Origin: an uncultured Acidobacteriaceae bacterium | Lineage (GTDB): Bacteria; Acidobacteriota; Terriglobia; Terriglobales; Acidobacteriaceae | Reading direction: 5' to 3' | Assembly: GCA_963800045.1 (NCBI GenBank) | Contig: CAWCZN010000003.1 | Span: 260,730 to 324,729, forward strand | Length of the DNA: 64,000 nt | Shown: positions 54,942 to 64,000 of the stretch, in pieces | Layout: the number at the start of each line of letters is the position of its first letter | Numbering within the stretch: the first letter of the stretch is position 1 | Notes under the pieces: generated by a model | Database searches by the model: none | Seen by the model: the letters and a program-made list of their open reading frames with translations, nothing else | What the model was told of the DNA's origin: nothing | Made by a program: the position numbers and the translations under genes

Positions 54942-56522
54942 TCAGTGAAATTCCCATTGGATGAACGGCTCTTTCAGATCGGACATGGCGTTGACGATCA
55001 GCTCCGCCAGCCCGCCGTAAAGAATTCCAGATTTCTCCCACACTCCGTAGTAGCGGAACAGGTCACGGAACTGGCCTTTGCAATTCGAGCAGGGCGCGCA
55101 AACGTATTTCTTCGTCCGCGGATCGGGGCAATCCACGAAGGCATCCAGCACCTGTTTCAGTTTCATGCGACCCGAGACTAAGAAGCGCCAGTCTTCGAAG
55201 TTGTAGCCGGACATGATGGCGAAACCTGAGCCGCCACCGCAGCAGTAATTCTCGACGCCATGCGGAGTCATCTCGCGAAACTGTGGACAGATGGCACGCA
55301 GGATCTCGCGCTGCGGTTCCACAATGCCCATCATGCGCACCATGTTGCAGGGGTCGTGAAGTGTGACTGGGAAGTCGTTGCGCGCAGGGTCGAGTTTCAG
55401 ACGGCCGCTTCGTACAATGTCGCGCAGCAAGACCAGAGCGCTCTCGCGCGGAATATTCAGGTCGCTGCTCAAAATGCGGTCGGCAGTAACCATCGACGCC
55501 TTGTGTCCGTGGCCACATTCGCCGAGGACGATCTTTTTGACCTTGAGCTTCTTTGCCGCTTCCGCCTGGCGCACGGCAACGCGCGCAAATTGGACGTCGT
55601 CATACCACAGCCCGTAGTTGACGCTGTCGTAACCCATCAGTTCGCTGGACATCGTCCAGTTGATCCCAGCGGCTTCGAGGATGACAGCAAAGGCCATGGG
55701 ATTTTCCGGCCACGCCAGTATCTCTCCTGCATTGTGGATGAGCAGAACGTCGGCGCCTTCCTTATCCCACGGTGTTTGGATATTGAGTCCGGTCTGCTCG
55801 CGAATCTCGTCGTCGAGGAACTCGATGTTGTCGCGCACGGCCGCAGCTTTCATGCCGGTCGACGAGCCGGTGCGCAGTTGCAGCATGGAACCTTTGTCGT
55901 GAATTTCTTTGGGCGCGATACCCAGTTCCATGCTGAAGAGCTTGCGGATCTCGCGGGTCAAAAGCGCGTTGTCGACGCCCATCGGACATGTTTGCGCGCA
56001 GCGGCGGCACAGGGTGCAGCGGTAAGCCGACTCCAGCAAGCGGCACAGCGTGGCCGCGTTTACATCGATGGCTTCGCCCTTCAGCCGCGCCAGCAATTTC
56101 CCGCCCGAGTGTTGCTTGATCAGGCGGCGAAAGACTTCGCTGCGAAAAGTTGGGCGGTAAACTTCTTCGCGTCCGCTGCCCACGTAAACGGGACAGGCCT
56201 CGACGCAGGTCTGGCAGCGCGCGCAATGATCCATCGACAGTTGCAACTGTTTGAGGAACGGCCAATTGTTGTCGGGGCTGAGAAGCTTCTCGATGCCGGA
56301 GAGAAACGCGGAGATGAAGTTCTCTTCTTCTTCGGCGGTTTTCGGAGCGCTGAATCCGAGCGCCGAGAAGCCGTCGAGTGAAGCGTCGTACCTTGGATCG
56401 ACTTGCTTGCGCTTGGGCAGATCAGAAACTTTGTTGTACGGCGCGGGCAGCGGAATCAGCTTGTCTGGATTCAGCTCGCCGAGCATCCCGCCTGCCGTCG
56501 CCATGTCTTCGATCTTAAGCAT
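54942..56522 (-). CDS. dsrK: DsrK/HdrD-like Fe-S protein (two 4Fe-4S ferredoxin motifs plus CCG domains)
   Basis: CARCQTCVEACPVY and CTLCRRCAQTCPMG are CxxCxxCxxxCP motifs. Cys-rich CCG-type motifs are ECGHGHKA, LHDPCNMV, NYCCGGGSGF and CAPCSNCKGQF. The internal ATG at 56522 (MLKIEDM) overlaps the stop region of the upstream gene. The track start at 56690 would overlap it by 176 nt. Confidence 0.82.
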   Translation of the reverse strand: MLKIEDMATAGGMLGELNPDKLIPLPAPYNKVSDLPKRKQVDPRYDASLDGFSALGFSAPKTAEEEENFISAFLSGIEKLLSPDNNWPFLKQLQLSMDHCARCQTCVEACPVYVGSGREEVYRPTFRSEVFRRLIKQHSGGKLLARLKGEAIDVNAATLCRLLESAYRCTLCRRCAQTCPMGVDNALLTREIRKLFSMELGIAPKEIHDKGSMLQLRTGSSTGMKAAAVRDNIEFLDDEIREQTGLNIQTPWDKEGADVLLIHNAGEILAWPENPMAFAVILEAAGINWTMSSELMGYDSVNYGLWYDDVQFARVAVRQAEAAKKLKVKKIVLGECGHGHKASMVTADRILSSDLNIPRESALVLLRDIVRSGRLKLDPARNDFPVTLHDPCNMVRMMGIVEPQREILRAICPQFREMTPHGVENYCCGGGSGFAIMSGYNFEDWRFLVSGRMKLKQVLDAFVDCPDPRTKKYVCAPCSNCKGQFRDLFRYYGVWEKSGILYGGLAELIVNAMSDLKEPFIQWEFH

Positions 56523-57396
56523 GGCGTCCGGCTCCTCGTCCCTCGGCATCGGCGACCGCTTGCGACCACGTCTCGCCTTCCCCCGCGATGTGAGGGGCCG
56601 ACCAGGTAACATGCCGCCGGAGACGTCCGGCAAGTACAGTGTTCGCGGAAGAGACGTGTGCCGCCGGCACGTCGTCCCAGCGCACGCCATGCCAGGTGAA
56701 GAACTTCATGTAAGCGTGGGTCATGTGGGTGAACGGAAAGTAGGCAAGAAAGAACGCGAGAAGCATCAGATGCAAGCTACGAACTGGCGACGCGTCGGAC
56801 ACCAGTGGGACGAAGTTCAACCCTTGAGCAAATTGGCGAGCGATGCCGGTCAGCGACAATCCTCCGGTCACGAAAAACGCCGCGAGGAACAGCAGGTTAA
56901 ACTTTGCTGCGCGCGTCGTGTACGACCGCAGTCGCAGCAGCTTCGTCCGCAGAACAAACAAACCCAGGCTGCCGAGACAGCCGGACACACAACCCAGACC
57001 ACATGTGTATATCGCGAGCCGGAGCAGCATCCCCGAACTCAGCAGCCAACTTGCTGCCATCAGCAGCGCTGCTGCGATGTAAAGGTATAGCCCCCAGTGC
57101 AGCAGCCAGGACCATAGCCACAGCTCGCGAAAGTTCTTGCGCACCGAGTGCAGCAGCAGAACTTCCTGCGCCATGAAGGCCAATTCACCGGTGTGACTGG
57201 ATTCCGCGCGCTTGGTCCACCAATCGGTTTCCTCGAAGTAAGAGCCGCCGTAGCGCTGACGCTCGCAGGGTCCTTTGGGAATGGGGTACAACTCCCATCG
57301 TAAGGGGCGGGGCGTACGCAGCGTTCGCATCACGCGGACGAAGTTTCCAGCGAGGAAGATTGCGGCAGCGATCGCGAGAGTGGGAACGAGCAACAT
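56515..57396 (-). CDS. dsrM: DsrM/NarI-like membrane di-heme cytochrome b family protein
   Basis: 293 aa with about 6 TM helices, including MLLVPTLAIAAAIFLAGNFV, LWSWLLHWGLYLYIAAALLMAASW and SLHLMLLAFFLAYFPFTHMTHAYMKFF. Conserved His residues in the helices fit the respiratory nitrate reductase gamma-like (NarI/DsrM/HdrE) family. Confidence 0.75.
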   Translation of the reverse strand: MLLVPTLAIAAAIFLAGNFVRVMRTLRTPRPLRWELYPIPKGPCERQRYGGSYFEETDWWTKRAESSHTGELAFMAQEVLLLHSVRKNFRELWLWSWLLHWGLYLYIAAALLMAASWLLSSGMLLRLAIYTCGLGCVSGCLGSLGLFVLRTKLLRLRSYTTRAAKFNLLFLAAFFVTGGLSLTGIARQFAQGLNFVPLVSDASPVRSLHLMLLAFFLAYFPFTHMTHAYMKFFTWHGVRWDDVPAAHVSSANTVLAGRLRRHVTWSAPHIAGEGETWSQAVADAEGRGAGRHA

Positions 57397-57422
57397 GGGT
57401 CTTGCTCACTTCGCCGGGCGCG

Positions 57423-57767
57423 TTAAACGCAGCCGGTTGGTTTCGGCAAGCCTGCAACCTTGCAGGCTCCTTTTGCCGGGCCTGAGGGAAACAGCTCGTA
57501 GATTTCCCGCAGCGAGTAGCCGGTTTCTTTGCAGAGCTTGCGGATCATGGGCGCGATCTCGAACTCCTGGTAGTAGCCGCGAATGTATCGAACGACCTTC
57601 CAATGTCCATCGGTCAGTTCACTGACGCCGTCGGCCTGAGCCAGCGCCGCGGCCAGTTGTTCATTCCAAAGTTCGGGCTGCTGAATGAAACCGTCTTCGT
57701 CCACTTCCACCTCGTGACCGTTCCAGCGAAACATCTGCTTTTCGAGATCTGTTGCTGAGGAGCCCAT
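57423..57767 (-). CDS. dsrC: DsrC/TusE-family sulfur relay protein with both C-terminal-arm cysteines
   Basis: The full-length fold motifs are EVDEDGFI, WNEQLA, HWKVVRYIRGYYQEF and PMIRKLCKETG. The C-terminus ...GACKVAGLPKPTGCV has two Cys separated by 10 residues, with the last Cys penultimate. This pattern is diagnostic of DsrC proper rather than single-Cys TusE. Confidence 0.9.
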   Translation of the reverse strand: MGSSATDLEKQMFRWNGHEVEVDEDGFIQQPELWNEQLAAALAQADGVSELTDGHWKVVRYIRGYYQEFEIAPMIRKLCKETGYSLREIYELFPSGPAKGACKVAGLPKPTGCV

Positions 57768-57928
57768 CGCGCCTCCGGCGGTGACACCTTCATGGCGTCG
57801 TCCTGTCCATTATGGTAAGGAAACCCGGAGGCAGAATTACATCCTGACATTCTGGTAATTTTGCGGATTTGCCAACGATTTAGCGGTGAAGCTGGCCAGA
57901 AATTGAAGTTCGTTAAGCTGCTTGCCGG

Positions 57929-58432
57929 TTAGGTTTTGCTCTTGCCTGTCTGTGAAGGGGTCTTTGCGTCGGGGCGGACAATGTTGCCCCATGCCAGAGC
58001 CGTGGAGAGCACCATCAAGGTTGTGGTGGCGACGTAGGGCATCAGAGCGTCAAGCAGTTTTTCCAGGTGGGTGACGTCGGAGACAGCGACCTTCAGCAGG
58101 AAGGATTCGGCGCCGGTCACGCGATGACACTCCAGAACTTCTGGATGAGTGGCTGCCAGCTCCATGAAGCGCGTAAGATTTTCGCCGCCGACCTTCACGT
58201 TGACGAAGGCCTGCATCGGCAAGCCTACTTTTGCGGGATCGATGTGCGCGCGATAGCCGATGATGATGCCGGCCTCCTCCATTTTGTGCACGCGCTCGGT
58301 CACCGCCGGCGTGGAAAGCCCGACCACACGTCCGAGTTCGGCAAAAGGGATGCGGGCGTTCAGTTGTAATTCGCGGAGGATTTTCCAACCGATATCGTCC
58401 AGCAGGTGCTCGATTCCTTTTGTGGTTTCCAA
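57929..58432 (-). CDS. Lrp/AsnC-family transcriptional regulator
   Basis: LDDIGWKILRELQLNARIPFAELGRVVGLSTPAVTERVHKMEEAGIIIGYRAHIDPAKVGL is the HTH_AsnC part. An RAM/ACT-like domain follows (AFVNVKVGGENLTRFMELAATHPEVLECHRVTGAESFLLKVAV). The likely TTG start at 58432 is preferred because the 220-aa track ORF adds an implausible leader. Confidence 0.85.
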   Translation of the reverse strand: METTKGIEHLLDDIGWKILRELQLNARIPFAELGRVVGLSTPAVTERVHKMEEAGIIIGYRAHIDPAKVGLPMQAFVNVKVGGENLTRFMELAATHPEVLECHRVTGAESFLLKVAVSDVTHLEKLLDALMPYVATTTLMVLSTALAWGNIVRPDAKTPSQTGKSKT

Positions 58433-58672
58433 ATGATTTCGCCTTCGCTTAGAGCCTGACAGTCGCCACCATGATAGTTCCCAGTTCCAAATCCTGACTG
58501 TGCCATCGGTCACAATCGTCGACTTCCCTCCTCCCCCAATCGATGCGGAGGTGTCGTTGATACCTCTGCCCAATTGTTCGCCCCTCTCCATTCATGCGCG
58601 AGTTGTCCCGGGACCAGCGGGTGGGAGAGCGTTTAAGATCGTGCTTCTGGAGACAGAAGCTATCTGAAGGAG

Positions 58673-59056
58673 ATGGAAATGATCGACCATATCATTCTTA
58701 CTGTAACCGACATTAAACGCTCACTAGCTTTCTACGAAGCCTGTCTGGCGCCTCTCCACCTCAAGTTCTTCCTGCCGTATAAGGGGAAAGATGGCCATCC
58801 CGATTTATGGGGATTTGGTGATGGCACGAAAGCATGCCTTTGGCTCAAGCAAGGTGAGCCGGAGCCCAAGGCGATTCACTGGGGATTCAGGGCCGACAGC
58901 AACGCCCAGGTCGATGCCTTTTATCAAGCCGCAATAGCGGCTGGAGCAAGAGACAATATCTCGCCGCGGGCGCGAGTCGAATACTATTCAGGATATTACG
59001 CTGCAGACGTCCTCGATCCGGATGGATACTCGTTCGAAGTAGTTCACAAAAGTTAG
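58673..59056 (+). CDS. VOC (glyoxalase/bleomycin-resistance/dioxygenase) family protein
   Basis: IDHIILTVTDIKRSLAFYEACLAPL, HWGFRADSNAQVDAFYQAAIAAGA and YYAADVLDPDGYSFEVV. Confidence 0.85.
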   Translation: MEMIDHIILTVTDIKRSLAFYEACLAPLHLKFFLPYKGKDGHPDLWGFGDGTKACLWLKQGEPEPKAIHWGFRADSNAQVDAFYQAAIAAGARDNISPRARVEYYSGYYAADVLDPDGYSFEVVHKS

Positions 59057-59210
59057 CCTTTTATCGTTTCGGTGATTCCTGATCGGCGAGACCCCTGCTG
59101 GCATCGACACTCCGCAGAGCCGGACGGAACGGGAACCACACAACATCTGGCTGAATTCACTCCGAGTCCAGAGCTGGTGAATTAGACTTGAACCCGAGAG
59201 TCAAAATCTA

Positions 59211-60221
59211 ATGAAGACAACTGGCCTTAAGGCACTGCGGATGTTTGGTCTCGTGGTCATGTGGTTCGTTCTCTCCTTGCTCAACCTGTGGGCACTGGCG
59301 GCCCTTTGGGTCGACTTTCGAGTGCCGGCCCTGCGCGTTCCCGTGACCGTGCTCTACGCTCTCGCAATTCTCGCCATTTTGATCAAGGTCAAAACCCGGC
59401 CTTGGGCGGCTGCACTGTGTTTTGTGGGTTTCGGAATTGTGCTCGCATGGTGGCTCAGCCTGGAACCCTCGAACGACGGCGAGTGGCAAGAAGACACAGC
59501 TCGCTTGGCATCGATCTCGATCAATGGAGATCAGGTCACTATCCATAATCTGCGTAACTGCCACTACGTCACCAAGACCGATTACTCGGATTGCTGGAGT
59601 GACCGGACGGTGAATTTATCGCAGCTCCGGTATGCCGACCTTTTCTTCACTACATGGGGACCGAAGTATATCGGTCACCCGATTCTCAGTTTCCAGTTCG
59701 GCGATCATGACCACATCGCGTTCTCCATCGAGGCGCGGTATAAAGTGGGCCAATCGTATTCGGCGGTTCTTGGGTTCTTTCGACAATACGAGCTGATCTT
59801 CATCACTGCCGACGAACGCGACGTCATTCGATTACGCACAAATTACCGCAAGGACGAACAGGTATTTCTCTATCGCACCACCATCTCGGCGGACGAGGCC
59901 AGAAAGATATTTCTCCTCTATGCCGACTACCTGAACAAGCTGGCAGTTCATCCTGAGTGGTACAACGCCTTGACTCGCAATTGCACTACCACGCTCGATA
60001 CTCAGATCGCCGCAGACATTAATCATCCTCAACCCTGGAACTATCAGCTTCTTTTGAACGGCACGCTGGACGAGTTGTTATATGACCGAGGACGTCTGGT
60101 CACCGGCGGTCTCCCCTTCCCTGAACTAAAAGAGCGCGAGCATATCAATGCCGCGGGTAAGGCAGCGGATGATTCTCCGGATTGGTCCTCGCTGATTCGA
60201 GTCGGGCGGGTCGGATTCTAA
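59211..60221 (+). CDS. Membrane-anchored DUF4105-like protein
   Basis: Three N-terminal TM helices, then a domain with YADLFFTTWGP, HIAFSIEARY, YELIFITADERDVIRLR and WYNALTRNCTT (the Y..xxxNCTT motif I associate with DUF4105). The family assignment is from memory. Confidence 0.65.
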   Translation: MKTTGLKALRMFGLVVMWFVLSLLNLWALAALWVDFRVPALRVPVTVLYALAILAILIKVKTRPWAAALCFVGFGIVLAWWLSLEPSNDGEWQEDTARLASISINGDQVTIHNLRNCHYVTKTDYSDCWSDRTVNLSQLRYADLFFTTWGPKYIGHPILSFQFGDHDHIAFSIEARYKVGQSYSAVLGFFRQYELIFITADERDVIRLRTNYRKDEQVFLYRTTISADEARKIFLLYADYLNKLAVHPEWYNALTRNCTTTLDTQIAADINHPQPWNYQLLLNGTLDELLYDRGRLVTGGLPFPELKEREHINAAGKAADDSPDWSSLIRVGRVGF

Positions 60222-60311
60222 AGACGTACCAACCAGATTGCAGGATGGCAGGAGGTCGCGTCATCGAGTACTTTCTGGGGAATCATTGCCCTGCGGATTA
60301 TAATTGCGCGC

Positions 60312-63284
60312 ATGGCGTTGACCTCGGGTAGCAAGCTGGGGCCGTACCTCATAGAATCGCTTCTCGGCGCCGGCGGCATGGGCGAGGTTTACCTTGCTCG
60401 GGATACGCGGCTCGAGCGCACGGTTGCAATCAAGATCCTTCCCGCTCACCTGTCTTCCAATCCGGACTTGCATCAACGCTTCGAACAGGAAGCCCGCTCG
60501 ATTTCAAAACTGCAACACCCCAACATCTGCGTCGTTCACGATATCGGCTCGCAAGACGGCATTGACTTCATGGTGATGGAGTATGTCGCCGGTCAGACTC
60601 TCGACAAGCTGATCCCTCCCGGTGGCCTGCCCACCGATCAGGCCGTGAAATACGCCGTGCAGATTGCGGACGCTTTGTCTCGTGCGCATGCTTCGGGCAT
60701 CGTGCACCGCGACTTGAAGCCGGCGAACATCATGGTCGACCAGAGCGGGCTCATCAAGGTGCTCGACTTCGGACTGGCCAAACTGGCGACACCGGCTTCG
60801 CTGGCGGCCAGCGCGGCAGCTCCAATGGCAACCGTGGCGACCATGACGACCACGCCCGGCGTGATCGTCGGTACTCTGGCGTACATGTCGCCGGAGCAGG
60901 CAGAGGGAAAGCCGGTTGATGCCCGCAGCGATATCTTCTCGTTCGGCTCGGTGTTTTACGAGATGCTGAGTGGCAGCAGGGCTTTTGACGGTCAATCCAG
61001 CGCGGCACTGCTGGCGGCGGTGATGCGCGATGAGCCCACGCCCCTCACTCAGTTCAAGCGCGATATTCCGGCCGAAGTGAGACAAATCGTAAGACGCTGC
61101 CTTCGCAAAGACCCGGCCGCGCGATACGCTTCCGGCGCCGAACTCGCACAGGAGCTCAAGACTTGTCGCGACCTGCTATTTCCCGAGTCAGGCGTGACCC
61201 TGAGTCCGGCGCGAATTGCGCGAGAGATCCGGCGCCCACGGATTATGCTGCCCATTCTGCTGGCCGTCATCCTTATTACTGCCGGCGCAGTCTGGGGAGT
61301 GAGACGTGCTCGTGAAGTGCGCTGGGCGCATGAAGTGGCTGTGCCCCAAATCTCCCAACTGGCCGATCAGGGAAAATTCGGGGCCGCTTACGACCTGGCG
61401 ACTAAGGCGGAGAAGCTGATCCCCGGGGATCCGGCGCTGGAGAAATTGTGGCCCCTGATCTCCTACAAGACCTCGCTCGAGAGCACACCGCCCGGCGCTG
61501 ACGTCTTCCGCAAAGGTTACGACGACACGACGGCCTGGCAGCCAGTTGGAAAGACGCCGCTGACGGACATTCGCCAGCCGCGCGGAATGTTTCTCTGGAA
61601 ATTCGAAAAGCCGGGATACGGGACGGTCCTGCGGACGACAAGCGCGTTGTTTGGGTGGTATCCGCCGGCTCCCGGTCATCCCGTGGAGGGGGCTGTCACT
61701 CTCGACGAGGCCGCCAACATTCCTCCCGGTATGGTGCGAGTTTCGCCGGCGCACTATTCCAAGATACTATTCATCCCCGGTTATGAAGGAATGCCCGAGC
61801 TGGATCTGAAGGATTATTGGATCGATCAGTATGAAGTGACCAATCGCCAGTTCAAGGCTTTCGTCGATCAGGGTGGGTACCAGAAGCGGGAGTACTGGAA
61901 GATACCTTTCCGCGACGGCGAGAAACAGCTTTCATGGGACGAAGCCATGGCACGCTTCCGCGACAGCACTGCGCGTCCGGGGCCGAAGGACTGGATCCAG
62001 GGGGAATATCCCAAGGGTCAGGATGACTTTCCAGTGACGGGAATCAGCTGGTATGAAGCCGCGGCCTACGCGGAGTTCGCCGGCAAGAGCTTGCCAACCA
62101 TCTTTCACTGGAACCGGGCCGCAGGTCCGGTTTCCGCATCGTACATTGTGCCCGCCAGCAACTTCGGTCGTGCGGGCATCCTGCCAGTCGGCAGCAAACA
62201 AGACCTGGGGCCGTGGGGCGCCTACGACATGGCCGGCAATGTGAAGGAGTGGATCTGGACCGAGGCTGAGTCGGGCAAACGGTACGTCCTTGGAGGCGCG
62301 TGGGACGAGCCGAACTACATGTTTATCGATCCCGACGCGCAGTCTCCGTTCCTCCGAACCGCGAACATTGGCTTTCGCTGCGTGAAGTACATCGAGCCGG
62401 AGTCCGTGCCCAAAGTTGCCATGGATCCCATGCCTTCTCCGCGCCGCGATCTGTCCAAGGAAAAGCCGGTCTCCGACGAACTGTTCCGCGCTTACCGCAG
62501 CTTGTATTCCTATGACAAGGCTCCGCTGAATGCTACGGTGGAACCCTATGGCAAGGACGAAGAGTTCTGGACCGCGCAGAAAATTACGTACGCCGCAGCC
62601 TACGGAAACGAACGGGCTATCACTTATCTATTTCTTCCGAAGAAGGGTAAGCCGCCATATCAGACGGTCCTGTTTTTCCCCGGATCGAACGCACTTCTGC
62701 TCCGGACCTTCGCCATCTACTCGACCGCATCCCTGGACGCCATCCTGAAGAGCGGCCGCGCCGTGCTGTATCCCGTGTACAAAGGGACGTACGAGCGGGG
62801 AGACGGGATGGAGTCGGACGTAGCCAACACGAGCAGCGCTTGGCGGGATCACGTCATCATGTGGGTGAAGGACGCTTCGCGGGCGATCGATTATGCGGAG
62901 ACGCGCCCCGATCTCAACCACGAGAAACTGGCCTACTACGGCTACAGCTGGGGCGCGGAGTTGGGTGGCTTGATTCCGGCCGTGGATACCCGCATCAAGG
63001 TGAATGTTCTAACCCTGGCCGGATTGGATTTCCATCGGTCGCTTCCTGAAGTGGATGTGATCAACTTTATCTCTCATGTGAAACAGCCGACCTTGATGCT
63101 GAACGGGCGCTACGATTTCTTTTTCCCGGTGGAGGAAACTCAGGAGCCGTTTTACCGGTTGCTCGGGTCGCCCAAAGATCAGAAGAAGCATCTACTCTAC
63201 GAAACCGGGCACAACATTCCCCGCAACGAACTCATCAGGGAAAGCCTCGACTGGCTGGATCTATACCTTGGCCCTGTGAACTGA
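60312..63284 (+). CDS. Ser/Thr protein kinase fused to an FGE-sulfatase (SUMF1/EgtB/PvdO-like) domain and a C-terminal alpha/beta-hydrolase domain
   Basis: Kinase: GAGGMGEVY, AIKIL, HRDLKPANI, DFGLAK, GTLAYMSPEQ. TM segment: MLPILLAVILITAGAVWGV. FGE-like domain: YWIDQYEVTNRQFKAFVDQGGY, PVTGISWYEAAAYAEFAGKSLPT, YDMAGNVKEWI, LGGAWDEP, IGFRCV. Hydrolase: YYGYSWGAELGG (GxSxG), PTLMLNGRYDFFFP, YETGHNIP. Confidence 0.9.
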   Translation: MALTSGSKLGPYLIESLLGAGGMGEVYLARDTRLERTVAIKILPAHLSSNPDLHQRFEQEARSISKLQHPNICVVHDIGSQDGIDFMVMEYVAGQTLDKLIPPGGLPTDQAVKYAVQIADALSRAHASGIVHRDLKPANIMVDQSGLIKVLDFGLAKLATPASLAASAAAPMATVATMTTTPGVIVGTLAYMSPEQAEGKPVDARSDIFSFGSVFYEMLSGSRAFDGQSSAALLAAVMRDEPTPLTQFKRDIPAEVRQIVRRCLRKDPAARYASGAELAQELKTCRDLLFPESGVTLSPARIAREIRRPRIMLPILLAVILITAGAVWGVRRAREVRWAHEVAVPQISQLADQGKFGAAYDLATKAEKLIPGDPALEKLWPLISYKTSLESTPPGADVFRKGYDDTTAWQPVGKTPLTDIRQPRGMFLWKFEKPGYGTVLRTTSALFGWYPPAPGHPVEGAVTLDEAANIPPGMVRVSPAHYSKILFIPGYEGMPELDLKDYWIDQYEVTNRQFKAFVDQGGYQKREYWKIPFRDGEKQLSWDEAMARFRDSTARPGPKDWIQGEYPKGQDDFPVTGISWYEAAAYAEFAGKSLPTIFHWNRAAGPVSASYIVPASNFGRAGILPVGSKQDLGPWGAYDMAGNVKEWIWTEAESGKRYVLGGAWDEPNYMFIDPDAQSPFLRTANIGFRCVKYIEPESVPKVAMDPMPSPRRDLSKEKPVSDELFRAYRSLYSYDKAPLNATVEPYGKDEEFWTAQKITYAAAYGNERAITYLFLPKKGKPPYQTVLFFPGSNALLLRTFAIYSTASLDAILKSGRAVLYPVYKGTYERGDGMESDVANTSSAWRDHVIMWVKDASRAIDYAETRPDLNHEKLAYYGYSWGAELGGLIPAVDTRIKVNVLTLAGLDFHRSLPEVDVINFISHVKQPTLMLNGRYDFFFPVEETQEPFYRLLGSPKDQKKHLLYETGHNIPRNELIRESLDWLDLYLGPVN

Positions 63285-63295
63285 AAGCTGCGCGC

Positions 63296-64000
63296 TTAGG
63301 CCAGATATGACCTGTCGATGGAGAACGCCCGCTCCAGCAAGTGCGGCTGCAGGACATCACTTGGCGAGCCGATAATCCAAGCCGGTTCCGGCGTAAGCAG
63401 GATGACCGAAGAAAAGCTCTGCCGGACAAGGTTCAAGTCATGTACGGCGGCGACGGTCGTGATGCCGCTCTGGTTCAGCCGGCGAAGCAGTGCGATCACC
63501 TCGATCTGCCGTCCTACGTCAAGGTGCTGAGTCGGTTCATCCAGCAGCATGAGGCGAGGCTGCTGGGCGAGGGCTATGGCTATCTTCACGCGCTGGCGCT
63601 CGCCTCCCGACAACTCGGAGTAAAAGCGGTGTCGCAGTCTTGCCACGTCGACAGCCCGCATCGCGCTCTCTACGGCCTCGCGATCAGCGGCAGTACTACG
63701 CCCAAATAACGGCTGATGGGGTACCCGTCCCTGCGCGATGATCTCTTCCACTGGAAAATCGAAGGGGATCTCCAGATCCTGCGGAACCAGCGCGATGGCG
63801 CGTGGCAGACCTTGGCGAGACCATGCCGCCAAGGATTTGCCGTCCAGCAGAATTTCTCCAGAGCTGGGCCGCAGCAGGCGCGCCGCCAATTTCAGAAGAG
63901 TGGTCTTTCCCACGCCGTTGGGACCCACAATCGCAACCATCTCGTGTCTCTCGATACTGAAGGACACATGCTTCAGCAGAACGCGTTGGTCGCGGGAAAA
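63296..64000 (-). CDS. ABC transporter ATP-binding protein (FecE/BtuD-like iron-siderophore/cobalamin type); the 5' end runs off the window
   Basis: Walker [11 protein letters not shown]-loop VPQD, signature LSGGERQRV, Walker [14 protein letters not shown]-loop AVHD. The frame stays open upstream of the track ATG (…[19 protein letters not shown]) to nt 64000. Confidence 0.88.
   Translation of the reverse strand, partial: FSRDQRVLLKHVSFSIERHEMVAIVGPNGVGKTTLLKLAARLLRPSSGEILLDGKSLAAWSRQGLPRAIALVPQDLEIPFDFPVEEIIAQGRVPHQPLFGRSTAADREAVESAMRAVDVARLRHRFYSELSGGERQRVKIAIALAQQPRLMLLDEPTQHLDVGRQIEVIALLRRLNQSGITTVAAVHDLNLVRQSFSSVILLTPEPAWIIGSPSDVLQPHLLERAFSIDRSYLA

Noticed and set aside
56515-56690. A real 176-nt overlap between the dsrM-like and dsrK-like genes, as implied by the ORF track
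   Set aside because: The extra N-terminal 56 codons of the track ORF are Arg/Gly-rich and motif-free. The internal ATG at 56522 gives the usual short overlap with the upstream stop.

Overview
GC-rich chromosomal window (GC not computed). The gene content looks like Acidobacteriota (Terriglobia / Solibacter-like); this is inferred from content only. It contains several Hanks-type Ser/Thr kinases fused to TPR, TolB-like (PD40) or FGE domains, winged-helix/TPR and HTH/TolB-like regulators, and a PEP-CTERM protein. It also contains a CarboxypepD_reg-type TonB-dependent receptor, BamA, a DevCAB/MacAB-like ABC exporter with a NodT outer-membrane factor, OmpR-type two-component systems and an orphan secretin. 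Accessory or decay signals are one IS110-family transposase, two orphan 45-nt tRNA 3' fragments (Pro-CGG and Arg-ACG), a 35-nt direct repeat 24 kb apart, a kinase gene broken by a 1-nt frameshift, and a decayed paralog remnant. Four loci look most worth follow-up. (1) An unannotated 35-aa peptide with a perfect Shine-Dalgarno sits directly upstream of a radical SAM/SPASM enzyme (43.9-42.4 kb) and is a candidate new RiPP. (2) A tight operon at 24.4-28.8 kb encodes a Cys-less Rrf2 regulator, a permease-less ABC ATPase, a G3E-like GTPase, NifS, an Fe-S-motif protein and a cupin. It matches no metallocluster assembly system I know. (3) A dsrC / dsrM-like / dsrK-like / cysteine desulfurase operon (57.8-53.7 kb) has no dsrAB in view. 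(4) The IS110 element has a non-coding 5' flank with the size and position expected for a bridge (guide) RNA. All calls come from the supplied ORF track plus hand translation and motif recognition. No searches, folding or statistics were run.
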